Of a DNA stretch of 64,000 nt, positions 18,971 to 28,965 are shown in pieces. A model generated the notes under the pieces. The model saw only the letters and a list, made by a program, of their open reading frames with translations. It ran no database searches and was not told the DNA's origin. The stretch is from assembly GCA_028688055.1 (NCBI GenBank), contig JAQTYZ010000002.1, forward strand, positions 4,256-68,255, given 5' to 3'. The DNA is from Patescibacteria group bacterium (GTDB taxonomy: Bacteria; Patescibacteriota; Patescibacteriia; Buchananbacterales; UBA6539). Both the position numbers and the translations under genes were made by a program. Every line of letters starts with the position of its first letter. Position 1 is the stretch's first letter.

Positions 18971-19969
18971 TTTTATTAATTTTTTTAAAAAGTAGTATGA
19001 TTTTGGATAATCTTTTTTAAGCCAAATACCAGTTAATCCGATTAAGAAGTCGAGTGACTCAATCAGCCGATATAACATCGCATAAGGAATAAAAAATACT
19101 CTTCGCATTTTTAACAGTAATTCGTATTTTTTTATTTCAAAATGACCCCAAATCTTGGTTGGCGGCAGGCGCAAGCTTAAATTAATTTCATCAGCACGAT
19201 CAAGGTTGTAGCGCCATATCTTATAAAAATAGGGGTGATAATCAATCGGTTTCTGGCAATTGAAAAAATTAATAATGATTGCCCTCGTTTTTTGTGGTTT
19301 TAGACAATTATATTTGATTAAGCTGAAAACATTAAGACAATAGAGCGGTGATATTATTTGTAGTTGTTTAATAAAATATAAAGTTAAGATCATTTCTTCA
19401 AGTGCTCCAAAAATAGTTTGATATTTATCTGCCAATTCTTTCAACCCAGTAAATGTATTTTTTTTTATAATAGTGGTGGAAAAGACGAAAACTCCACCAC
19501 TTAACATGAGGGAATTCAAGTCGTAAAGTTTTTCGCCTTCGCGCCTTATTTTTTTGTCAGCCTTATAAAAAAGATGTTTGAGACGGGATTTTTGCAGATA
19601 CAAGCTGTAGTTTGTAAAGCCAGCTATATTTTTAACTTCAAGTAAGTCATCTAGTGAAGCACAAACAATCAAGTCAGCATCCAGAAAAATTATTTTATCC
19701 CATTGCTTGAATTCTGATGTAAATAAATAGAGTTTACTCAATATGACTGCCGGCCAGCGCCCAACTAATTTTTCTGCCAATGGTTCGCATTTTTTGATTA
19801 AGATGCCTTTGTCTCTAAACCATTTCAAATCTTCTTCCGGCACTTCATGAGCTAACAGCATATAATCGCCTTGCCAACCAGAATTAAAATAAACACTGCT
19901 AAATAATTGCTTAGCAAAGTCTAAATATTTTTTATCGGCTAGAGTGACAAGAAGATTTTTTTTATTCAT
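18962..19969 (-). CDS. GT8-like nucleotide-sugar transferase; paralog of the upstream gene without the GNAT part
   Basis: The first ~100 aa are identical to the 700-aa protein. The same DxD motif is present (FLDADLIV). Confidence 0.5.
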   Translation of the reverse strand: MNKKNLLVTLADKKYLDFAKQLFSSVYFNSGWQGDYMLLAHEVPEEDLKWFRDKGILIKKCEPLAEKLVGRWPAVILSKLYLFTSEFKQWDKIIFLDADLIVCASLDDLLEVKNIAGFTNYSLYLQKSRLKHLFYKADKKIRREGEKLYDLNSLMLSGGVFVFSTTIIKKNTFTGLKELADKYQTIFGALEEMILTLYFIKQLQIISPLYCLNVFSLIKYNCLKPQKTRAIIINFFNCQKPIDYHPYFYKIWRYNLDRADEINLSLRLPPTKIWGHFEIKKYELLLKMRRVFFIPYAMLYRLIESLDFLIGLTGIWLKKDYPKSYYFLKKLIKNE

Positions 19970-19970
19970 T
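19668..19970 (-). repeat. 303-bp perfect direct repeat, copy B
   Basis: Identical to 18668..18970. Confidence 0.9.
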
Positions 19971-20285
19971 TACTCCGTTAAATACTTATTTTGCAATAAT
20001 AATCTTAAAGACGGGGTCTAGCTCACCAAACCAGGAATCCGTATGATAATTAATTATTGGTAGGAATATCTCGAAACTACCAATCATTTTTGGGCCAATT
20101 GTAACATCAACAAAAAAATCAACGGCCGGGCCTGGTAATACCGGATCGGGAAGCTTGAGTCTTAGGCCGTCATACAAGCGGTCTCTTAACTCACAACCAT
20201 CTTAAAGAAGTTAAAAGTTAGGACCAATATTGTTCATTTTAAAGGAAAAGTTTACTTTTTGTCCAACCTTAAATATAGAAGGTGT

Positions 20286-21374
20286 TTAGGATGATGCCTT
20301 TATCTTTTCCTTTATTTTATCAATAAAAATCTTAGTATCAAATTTTCTAGCTTGCTTAATGCATTCTTCTCTATATTTTTCCGGACTTAAACCAATATTC
20401 CTTACTGCCTCTACTATTTTGTATTCATCGATATTGTCAATCAATTTTCCCGTCACCCCGTCAATCATTGTTTCACGATAGCCCCCTTCATTCGGAGCAA
20501 TAACCGGTTTACCCGATGCCATTGCCTCCAAAGGTGCCAAACCAAAATCCTCTTGATACGAAGTTGTAATAAATCCCTTGCAAGTTGCGTAAAGTTTAAT
20601 TAAGTCTTGATCACTAACCCAACTAATTATTTCAACATTATTTGGTTTTAAGTTTTGAATTTTTTTTAGGTATTGCTTAAAGTGTTTTGATTGTTCATAA
20701 CTGCCGACGATGACTAACTTTTCAGTTGGTAACCTGCGAAATGCTGCCAGTTGTATTTCAATCCTCTTGTAACCCACCAAACGATTAACCGAAAGCCAAA
20801 AATCACCGTTGTTTTCATACTGATATTTAGTGGTGTCAATCGGCGGATAAATCACGCTGGACTCACGATGAAAGTATTGTTCAATTCGCTTTTGTACCGT
20901 GGCCGAAATCGCTACAATTTTATTAACCGATCTAACGTCACGCCGATTACCGGCTCGCCTTAATTGGACCCAAACGTCAAATATCCAACGGGCATACCAG
21001 GGTACAATATTATTGCGGGTATCTGAATAAAGATCCCAAATCTCTCGAAGCGGCGAATAAACATACCACAAATTCGGCCGATTATGGACTGCCGCGCTCA
21101 TCGCCCAATCACCGGCAATAATGTAAAAATCATAGGCCGTTTTTAAATTCAAGCGCCGAAATTTCCAATAAGCTGCTTCTTGCTTAAATGGAGCATTAAT
21201 GGGTATTTTGCCAATACTATAAATATTATTCGTCGCAAACCCCATTTGCCTTATCTTGGCGTGGTCAATATTTGTGGTATAAATATCTGCTCCAAGCTCT
21301 TTGGCCAACATTAAATCTACCAGCTCCGCGCCACCAATGTTGTCCATAAAATTATGAAAAATTACAACTTTCAT
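20286..21374 (-). CDS. family 4 (GT-B) glycosyltransferase
   Basis: EDFGLAPLEAMASGKPVIA is the EX7E motif. Confidence 0.8.
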   Translation of the reverse strand: MKVVIFHNFMDNIGGAELVDLMLAKELGADIYTTNIDHAKIRQMGFATNNIYSIGKIPINAPFKQEAAYWKFRRLNLKTAYDFYIIAGDWAMSAAVHNRPNLWYVYSPLREIWDLYSDTRNNIVPWYARWIFDVWVQLRRAGNRRDVRSVNKIVAISATVQKRIEQYFHRESSVIYPPIDTTKYQYENNGDFWLSVNRLVGYKRIEIQLAAFRRLPTEKLVIVGSYEQSKHFKQYLKKIQNLKPNNVEIISWVSDQDLIKLYATCKGFITTSYQEDFGLAPLEAMASGKPVIAPNEGGYRETMIDGVTGKLIDNIDEYKIVEAVRNIGLSPEKYREECIKQARKFDTKIFIDKIKEKIKASS

Positions 21375-21383
21375 TAATTTAGA

Positions 21384-23318
21384 TTATTTAGCCTCAACAT
21401 TAATTGAAACTTTCAAAGAATCCCCAAACCAACCGATGCTTTCTTGAAACATTCTCAGTTCGGTTTCATAGACGCCACGGAAAGAGCCACGATATCTTGT
21501 GATTATTCTAAACTCATACTCTTCACCGGGCAGTATTTTTTTTTCCACTCTTTTAAACGTCTGCCCAGACACATCCCGTAATTCAAAATTTAAGGCCGGC
21601 AACCAGGCTGTTGTTCCGCTGTTCTTAATCGTAACCGTCAACGTCCTCGCCTCACCAACTGTCGTTGCTTGAGGGATATCACTACTAACAATTTTTGCAT
21701 CAAAATAATTCTGTTTTACCAAATAGCCAGAATTATTGCGATAAACAATATTAGCCAAATCATAATACTTTTCCTGATTTAACTCTTGGAAATTAGTAAT
21801 CCCGACAATCGGGTCTTTGATGTAATCATTAAATTCGCCACTAATTTTTAGGTCATTATTGGTCACAATGTATAAATGCTTAGCGTGTGGTGGAAATAGC
21901 ATCGCCTGATAAGCCTCAATCTCGACGATTGATGATGACACCGAATAGCCTTGATCGTTTGCCCAGTCAACTAGCTCGCGCACTTCATTAGGAATATATC
22001 TAATGTTACTACGAACGTCATAAAAGGGCGTGCCAAAAAAGTCCGTTTTAAAAATAAAAATCGACGGGTAGGCAAAAGTTGCACTAACCACAAAAAAAAT
22101 GATCAATGGCAATCTGATAATTTTTATTTTATCAATTGCCCAGACCAAACCTTGAGCGGCTAATATACTCATCGGGGAAAAAATAAACTCCAGCGTTCTA
22201 AATGGGTCAAAGGGGATATCCCGTAAATTATGCACCAAATAAAAATGGTAAAGTGCTACTCCCCATAAAACGGGAAAATATAAACACGCCAAAACTAAAT
22301 TATTAGTAATCCGATCGCGACTGACAAAAAATCCAACCATAATCAAAAAACCAAGCACCATAAATTGAACCCAAATTTGTGGCGGGTAGGCTATTGGCAA
22401 AATATTATATACGACCGCTCGAAAAAAAATCAGCAGTGTCGCCACCAGCACTATTACCAAAGCCGGAGATTTTATCCGATTAAGATTAAGCCATTGTTTG
22501 ATGACATTAAGCTTTAAAAAAATAAGAATGATTGTCGACGCACCAACCAACAGAAAAAATGGATTCACGCTTAAAATCTCTTGCAACAAAAAAATGCCAC
22601 GCCTAAAAAATAACGCCCAATAAACCAATGAGATAAACGTCACCCCACCAATTGTCAACCAAGCCACCAAAGCCTTTTTTTTATCATCAATAAAAACCAT
22701 AGTGTACATCATAATCCATCCAATGATAAACAACGCCGACCCATAATGGGACATAATCATTAATATAAATATGGCCATTAACCTTAACCAGCGACCAACA
22801 GTCAATGAAACCGACGGACCTGAACCGAAATACTGGTCAAATAAATAGATCACCAACGGGAAAAAAAACAGTCCCATTGTTTCCCTGATTGGCTGAGCGC
22901 TCCAGTAAATGTGAGGGATGAAAATGGCTATTAAAAAAAGTGCCCACAGGCTAATCTGGTTTGAAAAATATTTTTTTGAAAACAAATAAAAAAATAGTAA
23001 CCCCAAACAGGCGAAGACCTGCGGTACAAATAAATAAATTTTTAGAAGCTCAAAATCAGACAAGACGTAAAGACCATACACCAAAATATGTAATACCGGG
23101 AATGCACCATAATCAAAATAACTGCCATACAGATGGATTTGTCCAAAATCGGACAAATATTTAACCTGCGTAAAATCACGCATTCCCTCATCGGCAAACG
23201 GGATATCATACCCCAACAAATATGGCAAAACTCGAACCACGTAGGCAACAAATAAAATCGCCGCCACGCAAAGCTTTTCATTTCTAAAAAATGGGCTGAT
23301 TTTATTAAGGTAAATCAT
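21384..23318 (-). CDS. polytopic membrane protein (GT-C-like) with a C-terminal beta-sandwich domain
   Basis: About 12 TM segments followed by a ~180-aa soluble tail (TLTVTIKNSGTTAW). Confidence 0.45.
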   Translation of the reverse strand: MIYLNKISPFFRNEKLCVAAILFVAYVVRVLPYLLGYDIPFADEGMRDFTQVKYLSDFGQIHLYGSYFDYGAFPVLHILVYGLYVLSDFELLKIYLFVPQVFACLGLLFFYLFSKKYFSNQISLWALFLIAIFIPHIYWSAQPIRETMGLFFFPLVIYLFDQYFGSGPSVSLTVGRWLRLMAIFILMIMSHYGSALFIIGWIMMYTMVFIDDKKKALVAWLTIGGVTFISLVYWALFFRRGIFLLQEILSVNPFFLLVGASTIILIFLKLNVIKQWLNLNRIKSPALVIVLVATLLIFFRAVVYNILPIAYPPQIWVQFMVLGFLIMVGFFVSRDRITNNLVLACLYFPVLWGVALYHFYLVHNLRDIPFDPFRTLEFIFSPMSILAAQGLVWAIDKIKIIRLPLIIFFVVSATFAYPSIFIFKTDFFGTPFYDVRSNIRYIPNEVRELVDWANDQGYSVSSSIVEIEAYQAMLFPPHAKHLYIVTNNDLKISGEFNDYIKDPIVGITNFQELNQEKYYDLANIVYRNNSGYLVKQNYFDAKIVSSDIPQATTVGEARTLTVTIKNSGTTAWLPALNFELRDVSGQTFKRVEKKILPGEEYEFRIITRYRGSFRGVYETELRMFQESIGWFGDSLKVSINVEAK

Positions 23319-25023
23319 TGGTTTTATCCTGCCGGTATTTAATAATCTCCGGCCAGTTAGTATTATAAACCATCATTAAGCCATCATCATACACTTTAGC
23401 AAAATGTGAATCATAATAATTAAAAATATTATCCGTCACCGGTGTCGTCTCGAAACTGTTGGAGTAAAGAATTTTTTTCATCGACGTCGATAGAATAATA
23501 TAGGTGTCAGTAATACCAGCACCAATCTCATCGTAGCGATAAAAAAGTCGCTGATAATCTAAGTCCTTATCTTGAAAAAAATGAACATCATTTTTTCCTA
23601 AATATCGAAACAGCGCGGCTGTTCTGAGATCACTCATATATAGCCCCGGCCAATCCAACTCAATTATTTTGCCAGCCGACTCAACTTCTGCCTTCTCGTA
23701 ATAACGCCTCATTGTAAATGGATCCCTAAAAATCATAAATTCTGAGACTATCAATAATACTAACGTTCCGACCACAATGGTTTTGCGCCACTTATAATGA
23801 GTTGTCCAGTAGATTGCGAAAGCCACATAGGCCAACGGGAAAGAATAGTCCAAAATCCGACCATAATAAAATTCGAGACTTAGCGTTGCCGCAATACCAA
23901 CAACACCCAACAACCATCCTAAGATTATGCTCGAGTTAACGTTTTTTTTGCTGAAGTAAAAATGATATAACAAAAATAGAATATAAAAATGAGTTAGAAT
24001 AACTTGGGCAAAACTATTGTTTAATGTCACCGTTGAAATGTAATAATTTTTAACCCCGAGCTTCAGCAAACCGTCAAACACCGGCTGCTGAAAAAATATC
24101 AAAAAAGCAGCCGGGGCCAACAGGGCTAAAAATAAATATTCGGATTTAACATAACGGCCTAGCTTTGATGAAGTTTTTATTGTAAGAAAAGCCACTAAAC
24201 CAACAAAAAAAATACCGCTCAAGATGAAAAATACGTGGGTTATTCCACTATTAATAAAAGCATTACGGATTAAGACTACTTCACTGCTGTCAACGTAAAT
24301 TAACCACAGTAAGTAGAAAGCAAAAATAAAACTTATTACTAAAAAGGCAAGTCGATCAGCAAGTTTAAACCATACCAAAGAAACCACTAAACCACCGATA
24401 ATCGCGACTAAGGCCGCGGCACCGGTATGGTAAGAGGTGAGTGACACCAGGGCCGAAATTATAAACAAAAAGATACATAAAATGTTTTTATTTTTTAAAT
24501 ACTTTACTAAAAATAACAGCGACAAAAAAATAAAAACATAACACAGCCCGCTATCGTTAACAATGATATTTCTGGTATAGTATAAAAAATTTTCTGGGGC
24601 AACGGCAAACAATGCCGCGGTTAAAACACCGCCAATCAATTTGCCGGATAGTTCCCAACCTAAAAATAACAAGGCGAAAAAACCAATAAAATAAATAATA
24701 TAAAAATTTCCCAGCACCGCGTTAAAAACATAACCAAACCAAAATTTCATCGGGTATTCAGCAATCTGATCGGTAAAATGTCTCGCCCCTCCCTGGTTGA
24801 CATTTTCCCCGCCCTGAAGCTCAAACGCCTCATAAGGTGATAATTGAAGATAAAAATGTTGCGGCGGCCAAGATCGCAAACAATAGCCGACTATGAACAT
24901 CAAAAAAACGCCGGCAACAAAAAACGTTTTCCGAAGTGAAAGATAATTTCTAGATTTATGGGTTATCCACAAATCAATTCGGCTAATAACTTGCCTAACT
25001 AAATCCCAATAAGTTACGATCAT
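23305..25023 (-). CDS. polytopic membrane protein, GT-C-like
   Basis: Many hydrophobic helices with large loops. Confidence 0.45.
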   Translation of the reverse strand: MIVTYWDLVRQVISRIDLWITHKSRNYLSLRKTFFVAGVFLMFIVGYCLRSWPPQHFYLQLSPYEAFELQGGENVNQGGARHFTDQIAEYPMKFWFGYVFNAVLGNFYIIYFIGFFALLFLGWELSGKLIGGVLTAALFAVAPENFLYYTRNIIVNDSGLCYVFIFLSLLFLVKYLKNKNILCIFLFIISALVSLTSYHTGAAALVAIIGGLVVSLVWFKLADRLAFLVISFIFAFYLLWLIYVDSSEVVLIRNAFINSGITHVFFILSGIFFVGLVAFLTIKTSSKLGRYVKSEYLFLALLAPAAFLIFFQQPVFDGLLKLGVKNYYISTVTLNNSFAQVILTHFYILFLLYHFYFSKKNVNSSIILGWLLGVVGIAATLSLEFYYGRILDYSFPLAYVAFAIYWTTHYKWRKTIVVGTLVLLIVSEFMIFRDPFTMRRYYEKAEVESAGKIIELDWPGLYMSDLRTAALFRYLGKNDVHFFQDKDLDYQRLFYRYDEIGAGITDTYIILSTSMKKILYSNSFETTPVTDNIFNYYDSHFAKVYDDGLMMVYNTNWPEIIKYRQDKTNDLP

Positions 25024-26162
25024 TTTTCCTGGATCCCCAAAATACTAAGCATAAACGAAGAAAATATTGTTTGCAGTCCTACCACCATAAAAGTTAGAGC
25101 CATAATAGAATTTTTAATTTCTTCCAGTGCCCCAAAATTATTTTGATACCACTTCCAAAAAATAAAAACAAAAATTATACTGCCCAAAATAACCAAGGCC
25201 GTTCCCAGCAGACTGGCTTTTTCGATGGTTATATGACGCTGAATGAAATTAATTATTTTACTACTGTCGCCTAAATGAATTATCGCGTAAGTTTTGGCAA
25301 ATAAAGCAAAAAACATTAGCTGATAACCGCTGATAATTAAAATCAATCCCAAAAACATCGGGTGGTAGCTAAAGTGCCGGCCAAATAAAAATGGAAAATT
25401 ACCGTAGATCCAAAATGTTATTACTAAACCTAAGCTAAAAAATATCAACCCTGGGACTAAAAATAAAAACAGGGGACTGTACAAGAGCATAAAACGTAGA
25501 TGCCGCCAACCGTCGGCTAGCGGTTTTAGTTTTGACTTTCCTTTTCTCGAATGATAGCTGATTGGCAATTCGCTAATTTGGAGGTTTTTTTTCACCGCCT
25601 GAATAACCATTTCCGAAGCAAATTCCATCCCACTAGTGTAAAGGGTAATTTGATTCAAGGCCTGACGACTAATTGCGCGCAGACCGCAATGGACGTCGGT
25701 GACCTGGGCGTGAAATAAAAATCGTAGTATTGATGACAACAAGGGGTTGCCAATATAACGATGAAGCCACGGCATTGATCCAGTTTCGATTTTACCACCA
25801 AAACGATTCCCAATCACAAAATCACTACCAGCCGTTAACTTATTAATAAAATTTGGTATTTCCCTAAAATCATAACTGCCGTCGGCATCAGCCAAAAAAA
25901 TATATTGACCACAAGCAGCGGCCAACCCCTGACGGCAGGCAACACCATAACCTTCACAGTCATGCTTAATTAAAACCGCCCCATAGCGCCGCGCAATCTC
26001 CGGCGACTGGTCGGACGATGAATCAGAGACGATAATTTCACCAACTAAATTTGATAATTTAAAAACTTCAATAATTTGTTCGAGACATGCCGGCAAGGCG
26101 GCCATTTCATTGCGGCAAGGCAAAACTACACTAACATCAATTTTTTCCGGTTGATTATCCAT
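25020..26162 (-). CDS. GT2 polyprenyl-phosphate glycosyltransferase (GtrB/DPM1-like) with C-terminal TM helices
   Basis: VSVVLPCRNE...FLADADGSYD, plus 3-4 C-terminal TM segments. Confidence 0.75.
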   Translation of the reverse strand: MDNQPEKIDVSVVLPCRNEMAALPACLEQIIEVFKLSNLVGEIIVSDSSSDQSPEIARRYGAVLIKHDCEGYGVACRQGLAAACGQYIFLADADGSYDFREIPNFINKLTAGSDFVIGNRFGGKIETGSMPWLHRYIGNPLLSSILRFLFHAQVTDVHCGLRAISRQALNQITLYTSGMEFASEMVIQAVKKNLQISELPISYHSRKGKSKLKPLADGWRHLRFMLLYSPLFLFLVPGLIFFSLGLVITFWIYGNFPFLFGRHFSYHPMFLGLILIISGYQLMFFALFAKTYAIIHLGDSSKIINFIQRHITIEKASLLGTALVILGSIIFVFIFWKWYQNNFGALEEIKNSIMALTFMVVGLQTIFSSFMLSILGIQEK

Positions 26163-27645
26163 TATTTATACGGTAAATATAATTACCATCTTCCTGATAA
26201 ATAAGGTTAAAACCGCAGTTAAGGTTGAACGGAGACAAGATATATTTAACTTGTTCAGTTTTGATAATATCAAGCTTGCTCTGACAAGTATTGTTAAGAA
26301 AAAACCTTTCGACGATGGTTCGATCGCCATAAAATACCAAGTCACCAACCGGATTGTCGCGCGCCACGGCATAAATGGCAGTTGAAACCATTGGCAACGC
26401 CAAAACTTTTCCCGGTGGCTGTTGGGCTAAAAACTTTAAAGCACGATAATCAGCTTCGGACATTACCTGATATAAATTCAATCTGGTTGGTAATAAGTAA
26501 TAATTACTAAAAATAATTAAGGTGGAAAATAATACCAAAACCGTTGCGACAATTGTTTTTATTACTTGATCGCTAAAATTAAATCGGTGATAATGTTTTA
26601 TTTCATTGGTCACAAAATCAATGGCATAGCCTAAGCCGATTGCGCTTAAATAGGGTAGTGCGAGCACAAAATAATACATATTGCGCTGATATGGGCTCAG
26701 AATCGACACCCCCCAAGCACGATAAAATAATATTAGTGCCAAGACTGTCAACGGCCAGACTAAAAAAAGGGCCAGCTCCCGACTTCGCTTATTAAGATAA
26801 ATAAACACGACGCCAACTACCGCCAACAGATACCCCAGCCAGCTATAAACTTCGACAAAAGAATTTTTAACCTCCAGCACCCCCCAACCATGGTCGAACT
26901 GTAAACTATTGGCCAAGTGCCCCACCAGTTGGGGCCAAGGCACGTTAAGCATGTACTTATAGAACAAAACCCCACCGATTGGGATCACCAAAAAACTCAA
27001 AAAATATTTAAACTCCTTAAAAATAAAGCGAAAATTAATAAGGGAAATAATTAGCAATAACGGAAGAGAAAATAATACGGAGAGCGAATGGGTGGGAACC
27101 AAAAAAATCATGATACCCAAGGACCAAAAAATATACTTAATATTTTTAACCTCGAGACCCTTGGCATAAAAATGAAGATACAAATAAACTAATGGGATGG
27201 AAAATGTTAAGGGCGTAAAAAACCAAAAGCCGGTTAAATTAACATTAGATTTGATCGACGCCAAAAATACGACTGCCAGCCACGAAATAAAAAAATTATG
27301 TTTTGATCTTTCCCAAACAACATAAAAAAGAGCGGCGGCCGATAAAACGGCCCATAAGGCCGGCAAGTATTGATAGACTAAAATTAAATTTACGACGAAG
27401 GAAAGTAAAAAAAGAATGGCCTGAAAACCCATTTCCATTCCATTAAATCGCTTAAAACCTTCCGAGCGCAAAACTTCAAAATATTCACCATAATTACCGA
27501 GCCTTAAACCCTGAGAAATATGATGCCATTCGTCGACGTGGTAAGGAAAATGATAAGTAAAATGAGGAACATAGACTAAAATAAAAACTGCCAGTAAGGT
27601 ACCCGCTAATACCGCCGCTTGTTTTGGACTCAACTTTGTTGGCAT
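26155..27645 (-). CDS. GT-C-like membrane glycosyltransferase, a candidate partner of the GtrB-like GT2
   Basis: 12-13 TM helices. Conserved acidic motif DEWHH in the first loop. Overlaps the upstream GT2 by 8 bp. Confidence 0.5.
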   Translation of the reverse strand: MPTKLSPKQAAVLAGTLLAVFILVYVPHFTYHFPYHVDEWHHISQGLRLGNYGEYFEVLRSEGFKRFNGMEMGFQAILFLLSFVVNLILVYQYLPALWAVLSAAALFYVVWERSKHNFFISWLAVVFLASIKSNVNLTGFWFFTPLTFSIPLVYLYLHFYAKGLEVKNIKYIFWSLGIMIFLVPTHSLSVLFSLPLLLIISLINFRFIFKEFKYFLSFLVIPIGGVLFYKYMLNVPWPQLVGHLANSLQFDHGWGVLEVKNSFVEVYSWLGYLLAVVGVVFIYLNKRSRELALFLVWPLTVLALILFYRAWGVSILSPYQRNMYYFVLALPYLSAIGLGYAIDFVTNEIKHYHRFNFSDQVIKTIVATVLVLFSTLIIFSNYYLLPTRLNLYQVMSEADYRALKFLAQQPPGKVLALPMVSTAIYAVARDNPVGDLVFYGDRTIVERFFLNNTCQSKLDIIKTEQVKYILSPFNLNCGFNLIYQEDGNYIYRINNG

Positions 27646-27784
27646 AGGTCAAAAAACCTTAAATTACCTTATTATTATAAGGTTTTTTTACTATCTTGTC
27701 CATTTACCAATGAGCCAAACAATCAAAAAAATTTATTTAATAACACCAAGTCGACCAACCATAGCAACAACTAATATTGTTTAT

Positions 27785-27817
27785 AAAAAACACCCCGCAA
27801 CAGCGGGGTGTTTTTTC
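27785..27817 (-). terminator. bidirectional rho-independent terminator
   Basis: caccccgc-aaca-gcggggtg flanked by A6/T6. Confidence 0.7.
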
Positions 27818-27827
27818 AAAATCTAAA

Positions 27828-28142
27828 TTAGATTCTCAAATCGTCGATGACTGAAGTGTCAGTTTCGACTGACTGAGGTTTTCGTGAACCTTCCGGCTCA
27901 TGAATTTTTAGGTTGACTCGAGCGTTATTCTTCGCCCCGACAATTTTTAGTAGGGTTCGAATAGCACGAGCGGTCTGGCCTTGACGGCCAATGACGTAAC
28001 CCATGTCGGCTGGATTAAGATGAAGAGTAATCAATACCCCCATCTCATCGACAGTCCGGTCTGTCTTAACGTCGTCAGGATTAGCCACAATGGCTCTGAC
28101 AATCAATTCGACAAACTCTTGATCTGTGTACTTTTCTGCCAT
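27828..28142 (-). CDS. khpA: KH-domain RNA-binding protein (KhpA/YlqC-like)
   Basis: VIGRQGQTARAIRTL is a GxxG KH motif. Conserved position next to rpsP. Confidence 0.75.
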   Translation of the reverse strand: MAEKYTDQEFVELIVRAIVANPDDVKTDRTVDEMGVLITLHLNPADMGYVIGRQGQTARAIRTLLKIVGAKNNARVNLKIHEPEGSRKPQSVETDTSVIDDLRI

Positions 28143-28304
28143 ATTTCACTCTGTGTATCACTTCCGATAAAAACCGAAAAGTGAATTACTTTCATAACCA
28201 CCAGTACTGCCGACCTCTAGACAACCTGATCTGGGTTGCCAAAATACAGTCTGGTACCAGTTCCCTTAATTTAAGGAACATTCAAAATATAACACACATA
28301 ACTA

Positions 28305-28343
28305 TTTTGTCAATAAATAAAACAACGCGACATTAATCGCGTT
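28305..28343 (-). terminator. hairpin plus T-rich tract after rpsP
   Basis: aacgcga-ttaatg-tcgcgtt followed by gttttatttatt on the minus strand. Confidence 0.4.
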
Positions 28344-28362
28344 ATTTTATTTATAATTGAAG

Positions 28363-28842
28363 TTAAACTGCTTCTTTTTCCTCGGCAACGGTTTCCACTT
28401 TTAATTCAGCGGCGTCAGCTTCTTTGGTCGCTACCGCAACCTCAGGTTCTGCAACTTTTACCTCCGCCGGGGTTTCTTCAACCACTGGCGTAGGGGCAAC
28501 CGCAACAACTTCGGCTGGCTTTTCAACAACTGCTGTGGCCGGCGCGACGGGTGCCTCGGCTTCAGCTGGTTTTTTCTTACCAGGTTTGGAAGCCTTAACC
28601 TTGTCGGCAGTCAAGACATTTTGATCAACCAACATATTATGAACTGTTGGCGACGGCTGGGCTCCTTTGCCAATCCAATAAAGCGTCCGATCTTTATCAA
28701 TTTCGGTCACTTTACTAAACGGATTATAGTGCCCCAAAATTTCCAACGCTTTGCCATAGGTATCTTTAGTTGAGTCGGAAACAACAAAACGATAACTAGG
28801 TCTTTTCTTCTTGCCAACTCGGGCTAGTCTAATTTTAAGCAT
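28363..28842 (-). CDS. rpsP: 30S ribosomal protein S16 with a long A/E/V/P-rich C-terminal extension
   Basis: MLKIRLARVGKKKRPSYRFVV, then ~75 aa of low complexity. The start is taken at the internal Met. Confidence 0.9.
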   Translation of the reverse strand: MLKIRLARVGKKKRPSYRFVVSDSTKDTYGKALEILGHYNPFSKVTEIDKDRTLYWIGKGAQPSPTVHNMLVDQNVLTADKVKASKPGKKKPAEAEAPVAPATAVVEKPAEVVAVAPTPVVEETPAEVKVAEPEVAVATKEADAAELKVETVAEEKEAV

Positions 28843-28965
28843 AAAAAAATATCTATTAATGATTAATGACGCCATTTAATGCCGGCGTCGTGAGCACGAC
28901 CTTTACCTTATCAAATAGATATAAGGTATTAACGATTATTACACAATTGCCAAAATTAGTCAACG

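Noticed and set aside
19986-20177. 63-aa minus-strand ORF at the edge of the AT-rich island
   Set aside because: No RBS, no motif and an odd composition. It probably sits in the non-coding junction between the island and the GT4 gene, though a gene remnant cannot be excluded.
28143-28362. Possible SRP/4.5S RNA in the rpsP-KH spacer
   Set aside because: No match to the conserved domain IV motif (GGAAGCAGCC-like) on either strand. Left as an unassigned structured spacer.
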